From NCBI RefSeq assembly GCF_963506605.1, contig NC_083276.1, positions 98,766,001 through 98,830,000 of the forward strand: 64,000 nucleotides of DNA, written 5' to 3'. How positions within the stretch are numbered: position 1 is the first letter of the stretch; every line of letters begins with the position of its first letter. The DNA comes from Zootoca vivipara (lineage: Eukaryota). The position numbers were made by a program, and so were the translations under genes. The notes beneath the pieces were generated by a model. It saw nothing but the letters and a program-made list of their open reading frames with translations. It ran no database searches and was not told where the DNA came from. Positions 1 through 12,578 of this stretch are shown piece after piece.

Positions 1-986
1 TACTACTACTACTACATTTTTGAAGATGTAGGGAAAGATTGCAACATTAGAAGAAAGGCTGGTGTGCATGTTCAGAACACCATTCTATGTTTTGAATTCT
101 TAAAACAGCATGATTCATGCACTTATTCCAGGTTGGGGAGATGCAAATAGAATGAGATGTTACAGTGCTTTACTAGTTTCACTGTGACAAAATGATGGGC
201 CCTTTAAGCTTCTGCTTATTTGGGTGTGTGTATGTGTGTTTTGTTTAACTTGCATCAATCCTCCTGGTGTGTATGTGTGTATCCCAAAGGAGCCCAAGAT
301 GATTACTTCTATTAATATCTATTTTGCTTCCGTTGTGACTTTTGAGAGCACCTCTGAAGTCCATGGGGTCAGGCAATATTTTGAAACCATCTGTAAAAGC
401 AGGGTCTAGCTTTAACATTCTTATATCCTTAATCTTTTTGCTTCATTTATTTGAGGAAGCGAAGAGTTAGTGATTTATTTCTCTTTCATGCTGTGTTTGT
501 TTATACTGCCATCTCTCAGTACTTAGCGTAAGTGGGAACTCCTATGCTGATGATCCATCTTAATGAGGATGTGCTCATATGGGCTGAGACGTGAATCAAG
601 GTCTCTGTCATTTCAGTACTGCATTCCTATTTTGATTTTAGGAATGGACATGGATATTTGTCCAAAAACGTGTGTGTGTTTTGTTGCCTGTTATCAACCA
701 ATGTGAGATCCCTTTCTGATGATAGTTAAATGATACTCAATTAATTACATTTTATCCTTCCAATCGCATTGTGTGTCCTTTTTCACCAAAATGAATGGGG
801 TGGAATAACTTAATGACAACATAATCATGCTACAGTAGACAGAGAAAGTAACACAGTATTTGAGAGATGACCTGCAGTTGAATGGAAGCAGTGCTACATG
901 TGAAATGATGCTTTATTTTATCCCTCTCTGTGAGTCATGCTTGAAGTATGTACCACTATGATCTACGATAGGATGCAGATGATAAG

Positions 987-1068
987 AGTAATCCTATGCA
1001 CATCTACTCAGAAGTAAGTCCCACTGAATTCCCCAGGCCTTAACACTCCCAGGTGTAGGACTGCAGCC
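987..1068. mobile_element. Degenerate short palindromic MITE-like repeat (aatcctatgcac...aagtaagtcccactgaa...aggactgcagcc family)
   Basis: Imperfect inverted ends. Similar copies at about 22152-22230, 24500-24584, 40025-40098 and 48585-48676. Confidence 0.5.
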
Positions 1069-2423
1069 TCAGTCATTAAAATGTGACTGGCATACTGTTC
1101 TGTGAAAATAATACTAGATGTTACATGGAGTTACTCTGTGAGAACACCTGTGTAGGTTATGCTACAAATCTCTGCTTAAATGTGGTAGAATGAGATTTAT
1201 ATGCTTCCAGCACTGCCTTAAAAGGAAAAATGCAGGCACAGCAAAGTGCCAATTTACCTCATCTCCATAGTTTCCCCACCTGCTCCTACACATTTTCCAC
1301 CAACAAATGAAGCCAACTTCCTTCTCTCTTACCTACGCTAGAATTAACCTCTCATTAAGACCCACTGCCTCTCCCAAATCAAACACCCACAGCTAGGACT
1401 TTTATTTTTAGCATGATGCATTTAAAATTAGCACTATTAATATCCACTCATTATTTAGCTTAAAGTACTTTATTTTATTTGCATGTTTTAGCATAAAAAG
1501 CACATTGGTTAAAATTGAATTCTGCTCATGAAATGACGTTTGATTCAGTGGAGGTGTTCCCTAACATGAAGGAAGGGGATTTTCTCACATTTTCTTCTTT
1601 CCCCTACATTTTCACATACCACCCTCCACACTGTTCTGCAGGGTTTCCCAGCCATCTGGATCAGATTTTGGACATGCAGTGGGAAGGGCAATTCAAAGAA
1701 AATTGTTCTCTCTTCTCTTAAATTAATTGGTGCTTCCACAGATCAAATGCTTTCACAAAAGTGGAACAGCAACATTGGATTTCACTCATAATTTGTATTG
1801 TAATTTATTGCACTTTTCTCTCACCCAGCAACTGCTTGAATATTTATTATACAAAGTACAGGTCCGCTCCCCCCCTTTTTTTTAGACTCCAGAAGTGCCT
1901 ATTTTACATCTTCACTTTTTAGATATATTACATTAATGAGTTGGTTAGAAACCTCCATTAGACTGTGCCTCTTGTTTTATATGGAAATAATACTATAAAA
2001 ATTCTAAGAATACTAATTTCATGGGCATGGAAATGGTCAGACGTTAATGCAAACAACAAGAAGGATGTCTGTGGCGGCAGCGCACAATACATGGGGTTGC
2101 AATTTTTTTCCTGTTGGGTGTAAAACTATCACATAGGATAGTTATTAAATAGGATCAATTGCAATATATTTGAGGGAGGGGGCAATGTTTCAACTATTTG
2201 AGATATTCGAGCTTGTTTTGAAATTTATTTTATAATTCAACAATTCTCTTGCAACATTTCATTTGCTATACAGAAAGGGCATATTCACAATATGAAACAT
2301 GAAAACAGAAGGGATATACTTTTGCTGAAAGACAATCGAATAATAAAAATACTTTTAATAGTACATTTATTTATTATCTCCTCTTTGCCTTGCTTAGGTA
2401 GGTTGAGTGCGTATTTTGTAATG

Positions 2424-2641
2424 TAACTATCTGACTTTTAGAAGACATCTGACGGCAGCCGTGTTTAGGGAAGTTGTTAACGTTTAATGCTGTATTCTTT
2501 TAACACTCGATTGGGAGCCGCCCAGAGTTGCTGGAGAGACTCAGCCAGATGGGCGGGGTAAAAATAATAAATTATTACTATTAATAATATTCTGTTGGGA
2601 GCCACCTAGAATGGCTGGGGAAACCCAGCCAGATGGGCGGG

Positions 2642-2682
<41 letters not shown>

Positions 2683-2686
2683 TATT
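2424..2686 (+). mobile_element. Two tandem 5'-truncated L2-type LINE 3' ends with (TTA)n tails
   Basis: gaagacatctga...tttagggaag...gggagccgcccagag...cagccagatgggcggggta, then a second shorter copy from about 2586. Matches the longer copies at 3400 and 36995. Confidence 0.8.
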
Positions 2687-3399
2687 GGATTTGGAGGGGT
2701 GGTAGTTTCACAATAGTCCTCTACTCTTTTGCATGCCACGTGCTCCCTGATATGCAGCATTTGTGACATTTATGTCAGTGATTGAAAACAGTATTGAAAA
2801 CTGTTAACATGTTCTTATTCCCACCCCCACATCCCACTGATAAATACAAATTCTATCATGTATTTGCTGTTAATACTGTAATTACCTGAAAAACAACTTT
2901 CAAAGTACCAAGCTTGCCTAATATTGTATTTGCAGATGTGGCATGCATTCATTGTTGCTAATAAACTTACGAAGCAGGTAAAAATTATGTGGAAAAATAA
3001 AGCACTGAATCACCAGTACTTTAAAAATAAAGCACCATCTCAGGTCACTGCCAGAAATGGAGCTTAACTCTAAGGAAGAGTGTCCACTGCTTTACACATT
3101 TGTATTATTGACCCTCAACTTACTGTGTCTGGTTGTAAGGTGGATTAATGTCAACAGTGGCATGAAGAGGGAACTCACACAATACTACAGATCAACTTCC
3201 ATGTTCAGGAAATTCCATCTTTCTAACACCATTCTGGTCACTGATCTCTCATATTCCATGTGCTCTTTCCTGATATGTTACACTGCTCATAAAAGTATAC
3301 CACTTTGAGTGAGCGCTGGAAGTATTAAATGGGCACATCAGTGACTGACTCTAATGTATGAATTGGTCCTAATATATATTGCATTAACAGCTATGCCAT

Positions 3400-3620
3400 C
3401 CAGACAGAGGGCCTTCTCGGTAGTGGCACCCGCCCTGTGGAACGCCCTCCCAGCAGATGTCAAGGCAATAAGTAACTATTCTACTTTCAGAAGACAGCTG
3501 AAGGCGGCCCTGTTTAGGGAAGTTTTTAATGTTTGATGCTGTACTGTTTTTAATATTCGGTTGGAAGCCGCCCAGAGTGGCTGGGGAAACCCAGCCAGAT
3601 GGGTGGGGTATAAATAATAA

Positions 3621-3663
<43 letters not shown>
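3400..3663 (+). mobile_element. L2-type LINE 3' end (ORF2 C-terminus, 3' UTR and (TTA)n tail)
   Basis: Encodes RQRAFSVVAPALWNALP...FRRQLKAALF, typical of an L2/CR1-group ORF2 end. Confidence 0.85.
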
Positions 3664-4852
3664 GAAAAGTTGATCACCCATGTCAAGGCCTGCTATTATA
3701 TATACACTCCAAAAGAAGATTTTCAAATCTTTGGTTTTTTTCATGCTTAGCAAATGTCACTCCGAACAACAATTTTGCAGTGCCTGCATATGTATATAAG
3801 TTAATAGGCAAGCACCACACAGCCGAGAAAGAAGTCATCTGAAGTTTTTCTTTTCACATACCTTCAAGTGCATTACCGAATAGTCTAAATTGCATTTCAT
3901 TTGAATTTCTATTGCTGGGTAGAATGAGGCATACACCACTTTCTACAGTTATACATAATGCATTGTTCATAAGATCTTTTGTCCTGTATTATTTCCCTGT
4001 CCACAGTGAAACACCTTTTCACTGGCTAATGCTACTTTGTGCTGTATGCCTAATAAAACATCTAAATCCTTATTTTAAATTGTGGCATGGCTTTTTAAAA
4101 AGAGCAATTTCACATTTCTTTGGGAAAGCCATCTGCTTGTGAATGACAATGGTTCTCATCAGTAATTTTGAGAGGAAAAACAGTCATTACACTTTAACAC
4201 ATCTCCGGGTACTGAATAAAGAATAACACGCAACTATTATTTAAATAGACTGCATTCTTTACAGTGTGATCTTTAAAGGCCAGGCGTGTCATTATTATAA
4301 TAAGAGCATTTGTAATGGGTTGCACTGTAACTGAGGCCCAAGGTGAAGTGGCATTATCTCAAGCAGCAGCCTTTGAACAGAACATTTTGCCACAAAATAT
4401 TATTGTCATTTGTGAATCTATCTACTGCAAATATGGTAATTATCTGTTTGCTCCAACAAAGTCAATGCGGACACTGGAAACAACTTTGCTTCCTTTATCT
4501 TCCCAAAATGGCATCCACCTAAAGTAAATCAGGTTTGGGAAATGTTTATACACCTAAACATGGATAGTCTTGTGAAACATTTATTTATGAAGACCTTGCA
4601 CCAGGAACATTAAGTTCAAACAGCTCAGATAGGAATTAGAGTTCCTACCACTAAAGGAAAACATAGCTATTTATAATCACGTATGTGTTTTATTATTTAT
4701 TATTTTACGAACCACCTTTTACATGTCTCATGTGTGATTACAGCCTTCGCAATTGTTGAAGCATGCGTGTGTGTTAAGCTACCCAAGTATAAGATGTCAA
4801 GTGATAAGCTAACATATATTTCTGAATTTAGAATAGGAATGTATTGACCCCA

Positions 4853-4853
<1 letters not shown>

Positions 4854-4900
<47 letters not shown>
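4854..4900. repeat. (CA)n microsatellite
   Basis: Direct reading. Confidence 0.95.
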
Positions 4901-4903
<3 letters not shown>

Positions 4904-5102
4904 TCACACTTTCCCCTGAATAGTCCTGAATTCTGGCTTAATTAGGAAATCTCTACTTAATTCTGAATTTTAAGCATGCACATTTTTCCACACTTTTCGA
5001 TTTATACAGTTAATCTGCTTTTCTCCCTCTTCTGTATCTCCAGTAGTCACTGTGCATTGATAAAACAATGAAAAATTCCCAATACTACAGAAAGAAGAAC
5101 AG

Positions 5103-5230
5103 CAGGGCAGTATCGAGCAGGTCGGCCGCCCTGGCGCTGAGGGGCGGAGATCGCTCTGGCGCCCCCGCCCTCGCAGGGCCCGGCGCCCTGGCACACCATG
5201 CCACCGGGGGTCTACCTAGAGCCGGCCCTG
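5103..5230. mobile_element. GC-rich hAT-type MITE (128 bp)
   Basis: Perfect 8-bp TSD aagaacag (5095-5102, 5231-5238). Ends cagggc...gccctg. Confidence 0.8.
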
Positions 5231-6211
5231 AAGAACAGGCCATTCAGAACTCCCAAACTTGGGGGAGAAGCATCCCTATTTCAGAAAGGGAGGCAAGTGC
5301 ATCAGCATAACCCTATTGAATGGTTTGACTTTTAGGATGAGATTCGTACTTTGCAGCTCTGGCATGACATCACTAGCATCCTACTGCCTGTGGTACATTC
5401 TCCCACTTCCTGCAATACAATTGCATGGCGTCTGACAGAGAGCAGTATGGCTTCTTTCAAAAGACTCATGAAAAGAATCCCGTAAGAATGTAAATCAAGT
5501 GGGAGAGAAAGGTGAAGCACGTAAGGAAGGAGCTAAGAGTCAGAAACTTCATTTCTATGGCAGCCCTAAGTTTTCACACAGAGTCTGGCAACTGATGCAA
5601 AGCACCCCTTTATTCTCTTTTGGTGATCTAGCTGGAATTAGAAGAGAGATGCTCCCTGTGTAGCAGATGAAGCAGAAGAGTGTGAGGGGAAAGAAGCTGA
5701 CTAAACAGGCAAAGCACCTGACTCTCAGCAAAGGCAGGCCAAACTCTAGAGACAGCTAAGTGATCTAAGGTGTTATGTTAGCTTGTAGAATGTACAGAGG
5801 GCAATGCAAGTGTCTTTTTGCTGCCTACCCTCCTTGCCCAGTGAAATGTGAAAGTAGCTTTCTTGCGGGTGGGGGTGGGGGTGGGTGGGTTGCGGTTGGG
5901 CAGGAGTTTGAGCTGGATGCTACAGAAATGATTAGACACATTCAACCTATTTCTCTTTCAACCAATTACCAAAAAATTGAAAAATAAGAAAACGGGAGCC
6001 ACAAGTTCTTAGTTACATTAATTGGGATTAAAAGTACCATACAAGAGAGGTTGATTTTTTAGCCACCGAAATAACAGTGAAGGCTGAAAGCACAAGCAAG
6101 CTGTTTGGCATCTAATGATTTCCCAAAGTTGGATGCCAGCTCCAGAATTCCCAAATAATATAAAACCAAATTATATTATTTGAAAATTATTTACATATAT
6201 CTGCATAGCAT

Positions 6212-6275
6212 CTGCATGCTCTGGTCCATGGGGTCACGAAGGGTCGGACATGACTAAACGACTAAACAGCAACAG
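6212..6275 (+). mobile_element. RTE-BovB-type 3' end fragment
   Basis: gcatgctctggtccatggggtcacgaagggtcggacatgactaaacgactaaacagcaac resembles the BovB terminus. Confidence 0.7.
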
Positions 6276-7378
6276 CATAGCCTCTGTGTTGCATTTCAAT
6301 AAGCCTGCACAGTGTCTTCTCTGCACCAGATCCACAACTTTAGGCTACTGAAGCTTGAAGGGAGATCGAATATCACTGTTATTGCCTGTCAATAGGTGGT
6401 ACGTTGCTGTTTGATGGTCCCCTCCTCCTAAAGGTACACCACATCACATCTGGTAACATTATTCTGCAAACCAGAAGAAAAATTTATAGCTCCAAATAAG
6501 CCTATCTAAGGGCTTGACCGCAGAGGACCAAAATGTGAATTTGGAACAGCTGGCCTGCCCATTAATGCAGGGCCATCCACATGACATCTCTCCATCCCAG
6601 TGTTGTCCCAGACCTCTCCCACCCCACCTTAAATGCAGACTTTTTATCTTTGGAAAGTCCAAAATGGAATAATCCTGCATTTAGAGCAGGAAAGGTTCAG
6701 GGTAATCCTAGGATAGGGTCTACATTTTATTCTGGTGTGAAAAAGCCAAGGACTCCCCTGATCACTTTTTTTTTAGGAGCCGTAATATCGTACATCAATC
6801 TCCTTTGAAATGCCTCCCTCCCTTTTATGGCTTCTCCCCCCCAAAAAAGAGAGCCCCTTTTTCCTGCTTGGTGATGGCAATGCAGATGGATAGAGCAGTA
6901 GGAGCATTGCTGATCTGCAGTTTATAGAAATGTTGGAGGAAAAGCTTTGCAGCCAGAGGATAGCATTGGCAGGGATGCGAAATGAGAAATAAAAAAGAAT
7001 AATTGAAGGAGGCAGTAGGCTACAGCACTGCAGAGGTGAGCAAATAGCTTCCAAGAGAGGAGAGAAGAAAAATAAACAAGATAAAGGAGGTGAGAAGTTA
7101 AAGACAGCACAATGGGGAGGGGAGGGGGCTTGTGATGTTTTGTGTCATAATCAGGGCAGCAGCATCCAGTAGGTGCACTCAACATCAACGGCAAAGCTAG
7201 AAGTGTTATTAACTATATCACTCTCTTGCCCCACCACCACTGCCTTGCTGCTTTTTAAATAACAGCCACACATATACCAATATGTATCATGATCATGGCA
7301 GGTTAAAATAGGTAGTTTAATCGTTTCCTCCATGCTAGACCCCACTGAAAATCTAACCAGAGCAAATGGGATTCATTG

Positions 7379-7392
7379 TCTATCTATCTATC

Positions 7393-7453
<61 letters not shown>
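7379..7453. repeat. (TATC)n tetranucleotide microsatellite
   Basis: Direct reading. Confidence 0.95.
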
Positions 7454-10400
7454 CTGGCCGCCCTAGGGTCCCAGAGTGAGTTTTAGCATTAAAAACAATT
7501 AAGCTCTCCTCTCTGCCCATGCTATGCTCCCAATCCGGATCCGTTCCTCGTGAAAAAAGCACACACACATATGAGAAAGAGAGAGAAAGAATGTTTATGA
7601 TTTGTTTGGCCCTAACCCAACCACTTTCCCAGGTTTTAGACTTATAGAGCATGATGAAATTGCTTTCCCATTACTGCAGGTAGGACTACAACCACAATTT
7701 AGACAGGATTTGGCTAGAGTCTGGGATGTGACAAAGGAAGCTAATGGCCCTCAGTAGGAGCTAAGGCTAAGCTAATGATTTTCTGATGAAAAAGTATCTG
7801 GTAATGTCAAAGGTGTTCAGAAGGCGTGTTCCTCACCCCACACCCCGACTGAGGAGGGGCTGTTGCAGGGCCATGTAAGTGTGTGGAAAGGAAACAAAAT
7901 AAGCATATTTTGGATCTCTAGAGAGGAGCCAGAAAAGCAAAGAAGAGCTGAGCTCCAGAAGGCAAAAGTATATATTAGACTGCCTCTCTGGGGATCAGAT
8001 GAAGGGCAGTAGGTTTGCAGCCTGCAGGAGTGCGTAAACCTTGGGTTGGCAAGTGATTGTAATTAAGCGGTATACAAATTGCCTAAATAAACAAACATAA
8101 TTATTAATTATGTTGTCTCTGAGTGCACATGGATTCACAAATGCCATCTTTGGTGCCACAGGCTTCCCTTACCGAAATTAGTCTTGAAAGAAGCTGATTT
8201 TGTTGTAGCCGATAGAATAGGTTGCAGCAAGGGCTTGGTTGTTTGGAGGTGGGTTGATGCCCATGGCATTTTATACATGTTCCTATGGACTTAAGTGGCT
8301 CATCTCCACCTATGCCCTACCTGTATACGTGCAAATAAATGCAATGCTACAAAACACCACCGGCTATCTCTCTTTTAAAAGGAAACCAAACCAATGTTAC
8401 TGCTTCTCTTGGAATATCTCGCTGCTCAGGGAAGTAGAAAGCACGTAACTGGAGGATATATAATACTACAGTTTACTGCTCCTAATGTTGGAAGTTTCAC
8501 TACTGGTTAACAATGATCTTCCAGTTTCAGGCACACCTGCTGAATCCCTATTGGGTGGTTGATTCTTCCTTTTCTCCCTGTAGCTCATGGTGTTAAAGAG
8601 ATGAAGGAGTTAAGGGATGCATCAGTTTTGCATGCCATCATTCTTCCCCACAGTCCACCCAATACCATTCCCTTCCAAATGCTTTTTTTTTAATGAACAG
8701 GGGACACTGTTGCAGCAGGAAAAAACAAGCCAAGGGGAATAAACCACAAAAGAAGTAGAAAAGAATGAAAGTCAAATGGATGAAAGCTCAAAGAACTCAT
8801 CTGCTCGAATATTCACTTGCACTCTGGGGGAAAGCATGAAAGACACAAATGGTTCCCCTGAGGGATACAGAAAGCCATACAGAACCATGCTTCCTTACAG
8901 TGCTGTTAAGGTGCCATAGGTTGAACCAATACTCTGAAGCATAAATCCTGGTACTGTTGGAAACGTGTAGCTGAGTCATAAAAAATAACATTGACCTTTG
9001 GCTAAAAAAAGAAGAAAAAGGACAGCATCATTTGAGTCTAGGTATTAATGATTGGTATAGTTTTGCCTTTTAAAAGGGATCCCCCTTTTTAAAAAAGTTA
9101 CTGGAGCTCAGTTTTCAAATAGGCACACATTTTAAAAAGCTAGCGCAGAGAAAGTGCAATTTAGCTAGCAATTAATCCTTAATGTGATCTAATTATTCCT
9201 GACATTTGGGCATCAGGCACTATACTTCAGGGGCCATACTCTTCTCTTGCACCATAGGTAGGAGTTTGCATTGAATTCAAGTAAGCGAACTGCTGCCATC
9301 AGCTTTCAGTTAAATTAACTTCCTCCCTACAAACCTGATCTGGAAACAAAAGAGGCATAAGATAATTAACCATGGCTAAAGTGGAAGAAAAGCTGACGTT
9401 CCCCCATGACCATACTTTGCTAGTGATGCAGAATAAGGTGCAGTCTAAATCCTTCCTTTCCAAATGTGCAGCTGCACATTTTATTCCCAAAGACAGATAA
9501 ATTGCAGGGAATAAGCATACCTGACAAGTCGCAGAGACCTGTATCTGCACAATTCTAGGCTTCGTTTAGGGATTTGAGTAGTTCTCATTTCTCCTTGCAG
9601 TGGTTGCATTTTAGTGGTGGGGGAAGTGACCTCCATAGCGCCTGCTCGCGCCGAAAACAGAGAGAGGATGTTGATTTATTTGTAGTGGCAAAGTGCTTTG
9701 ACACTCAAGGGTGAAATTCACCTGCTTGAGAAAGGCCAGCAGAAAGTTTATGCTTAAGTGTACCTAAGTGGATCATATAACCAGCTTTTGCTGATCAACT
9801 GCAGTGGAAAGAAATTTAGCATTTAATACAAGGGTATGATTGCACTTTGTGCAAATTTATGAGCAGGAATAGGAAAAAAAACAAAAAAAAACTTTTTGTA
9901 TTTATGCTGTTTTGCTTTTTACTGGATTTATGCTGCTTTAAATACTCATTTATATTTCCTTATTGTTAGATGGCTCAGAGAACTTCTGTGGTGGCATACA
10001 GATACCATTGGTAAATATATAAATAAGCAGCTCTGAACATTTTTCTATTGCCATTTAGGTTCTGCAGAGTTTGCAGCAGAGGAAGCTTATATTAGCTTGA
10101 CTCCTATCCTTATATAGCAACGTACACTTACTTGAGTCATTTATTATGCCTTTATTGCTTTGACTCATTTATTATATTTTTCTCTGCAATAGGAAGCACT
10201 GCTTTTATCAGTCAATGCTTTATTGTTGAGAGCAGCTGAATTTAGTTCTTGGGAAAGTAGCATACAAATATGAAATCAAATGATATCAGAATGCAGCACC
10301 AAGAGTGTGCAATCAATTACTGTAATAAAAACAAAGAAAGATGCCTGTCTTTACTAAAATATGCTAATAATGTACATTACTTTCTTGAAACAGTCTGCTA

Positions 10401-10592
10401 CTCATATAAAATTATTTTAGCTTCTGTTGGCATTGCTCATATATTATATTTAAAGAAGAACTCCATTCATGTCAAATGTCTCTTTTCATGAATTTTGGTG
10501 TCAACTCTGCTAAGGGTGCATCATAAACCACTTTTCTCAAGGGCTTGACTGTTCTGAATCTTATTACTGGGTGTGCACTGGAACATTTAAAT

Positions 10593-10913
10593 CAGGGTCC
10601 CCAAACTAAGGCCCGGGGGCCAGATGCGGCCCAATCGCCTTCTAAATCCAGCCCCCGGACGGTCCGGGAATCAGCATGTTTTTACATGAGTAGAAGGTGT
10701 CCTTTTATTTAAAAGCATCTCTGCGTTATTTGTGGGGCCTGTCTGGTGTTTCTACATGAGTAGAATGTGTCCTTTTATTTAAAATGTGTCTCTGGGTTAT
10801 TTGTGGGGCATAGGAATTCGATCATATATATTTTTTCAAAATATAGTCCGGCCCCCCACAAGGTCTGAGGGACAGTGGACCAGCCCCCTGCTGAAAAAGT
10901 TTGCTGACCCCTG
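10593..10913. mobile_element. Non-autonomous hAT/Charlie element (OposCharlie1-like ends) with an internal tandem duplication of about 70-bp period
   Basis: Ends cagggtccccaaact... / ...aagtttgctgacccctg. Subterminal ggcccg/cggccc motifs. Duplicated block at 10678-10738 and 10748-10809. No clear TSD. Confidence 0.7.
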
Positions 10914-11125
10914 TAATATTCCAAGCTGAGTCAATAGCTGCTTCTTGTCCATGTGAAGGCATATAGCCCATAAAGAGTCTCAATACTGCTCCTCCATCTG
11001 GCTCCAAAAGTGGTCTGATCAGGACTACATTTCCAGGTAAACGGGAAGACTGGCAAGAAACCACTTCAGGTCTCCCAGAGCAGACTCATTCCAGCAAAGG
11101 GGAGCAGTAGGCAGAGAGTATAGAA

Positions 11126-11261
11126 CAGGCATCCGCAAACTGTGGCCCTCCAGATGTTTTGGCCTACAACTCCCATGATCCCTAGCTAACAGGACCAGTG
11201 GTTGGGGAAGATGGGAATTATAGTCCAAAACATCTGGAGGGCCGAAGTTTGGGGGTGCCTG
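11126..11261. mobile_element. hAT/Charlie-type MITE (136 bp)
   Basis: TIR caggcatccgcaaact / agtttgggggtgcctg. Perfect 8-bp TSD gtatagaa. Near-identical copy in the opposite orientation at 31846-31981. Confidence 0.9.
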
Positions 11262-11269
11262 GTATAGAA

Positions 11270-11515
11270 GGAGGAGGAGGAGGAGGAGTTTGGACTTGAT
11301 ATTCCGCCTTTCATTCCCCTTAAGGAGTCTCAAAGCAGCTAACAATCTCCTTTACCTTAGTCCTCCACAACAAACACTCTGTGAGGTGAGTGAGGCTGAG
11401 AGAGTATGACTAGCCCAAGGTCACCCAGCAGCTGCATGTGGAGGAGCGGGGAAGCAAACCCGGTTTACCAGATTATGAGTCCACCACTATTAACCACTAC
11501 ACCATACTGGCTCCC
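11270..11515 (-). mobile_element. tRNA-derived squamate SINE (Squam3-like) with (CCT)n tail
   Basis: Minus-strand head gggagccagtatggtgtagtggttaa, CORE-like ggtgaccttgggctagtca, similar to 46559-46818. Confidence 0.8.
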
Positions 11516-12502
11516 TTTAAGGCCTTGCCGCCCACCTCCTCCTCATTATTCTTATCAGATGTGGCCCCCAGTCCATCCTCCTGGTATGTCAAGTGAGACT
11601 AACTGGTCACCACATTTGGGGTTGAGTAGAATTTGTTTGTTTTCTTCAGGTTGCAGTAGGGATTTTTCCCTCTCCTACTCCACATTGTGGTGCCAGCTAA
11701 AGACAGCTAAGCAGTGAGTGTCAGGTTGGTTGGTTCAATTGGTTTGGTCACTTGCCAGGTGTGTGTGGGAAGGGAGGAGATGGACTTAGATGGCAAGTAC
11801 CTTGAGGCACTTTGAGGTGACTGGGGATTCCAGAGAGTTGCACACAGGGCTCTAATACCTGTGGGATGGGGTATGGATCACTTTTAGGGTTAACCTATGT
11901 CACTCACCTGAGGTTGTTCAGCCCTGAGAAAGTGTGAATCAGGAAGACCCTCCTCACCCAAAGAGGCATGGCAGGGGAAAAGAGTTGGATTTAAAACCAG
12001 CTATTACTCCTCACAGGGAAGACTCACCCAATCAGCAGGCTTATGATAGAGTTTTGAATGGTTTCCCACACAAGGTCTCTTTCCCCTGTGTAGCTGTAGA
12101 AGTCCATAGTTTCTTAGTTATATTGTAATGAAGTGGCCCTAGTTTACCCTACAAGTGGTGTCTTGCCTTTACGGTTCCAATCTCCTAGTGCAATTTCTCC
12201 TGGTCAAGTCCTATAGTCACAACTCTAAGGCCAGCTTTTGCTCCTCAGGAAGGCAATTTTGATCTACAGTTAAGGAAGGGTAGCAGAGTTAGAACTTGTC
12301 TTAAAAAGGCACCAGGAACCTCAATTGCTGTACTACAAAACATCATGTTTCTGTTTTAAATTCCTGTAACATTTATCCTGTCTATACTTCAGATAAGATG
12401 CGAGTTAAAACTGTCTTGCCAAAACAATAATGCTTGCATAAAATTTGTCCTGTGCCTTTTCTCCTAGTAGGGAAGCTTTTAATGATTAATAGACTATTAT
12501 AT

Positions 12503-12578
12503 TTTAATGTTTATTGGAAGCCGCCCAGAGTGGCTGGGGAAGCCCAGCCAGATGGGCGGGGTATAAATAATAATTTTT
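12503..12578 (+). mobile_element. Short L2-type 3' end
   Basis: ttggaagccgcccagagtggctggggaagcccagccagatgggcggggtataaataat. Confidence 0.75.

Noticed and set aside
3384-3750. Poly-Asn, poly-Leu and poly-Ile ORFs (also 2581, 24836, 56148)
   Set aside because: Translations of (TAA)n LINE tails.
11690-12330. Possible solo LTR (also about 5540-5900 and 7725-8075)
   Set aside because: Composition is suggestive, but I could not find TG...CA ends with a TSD or a second copy.
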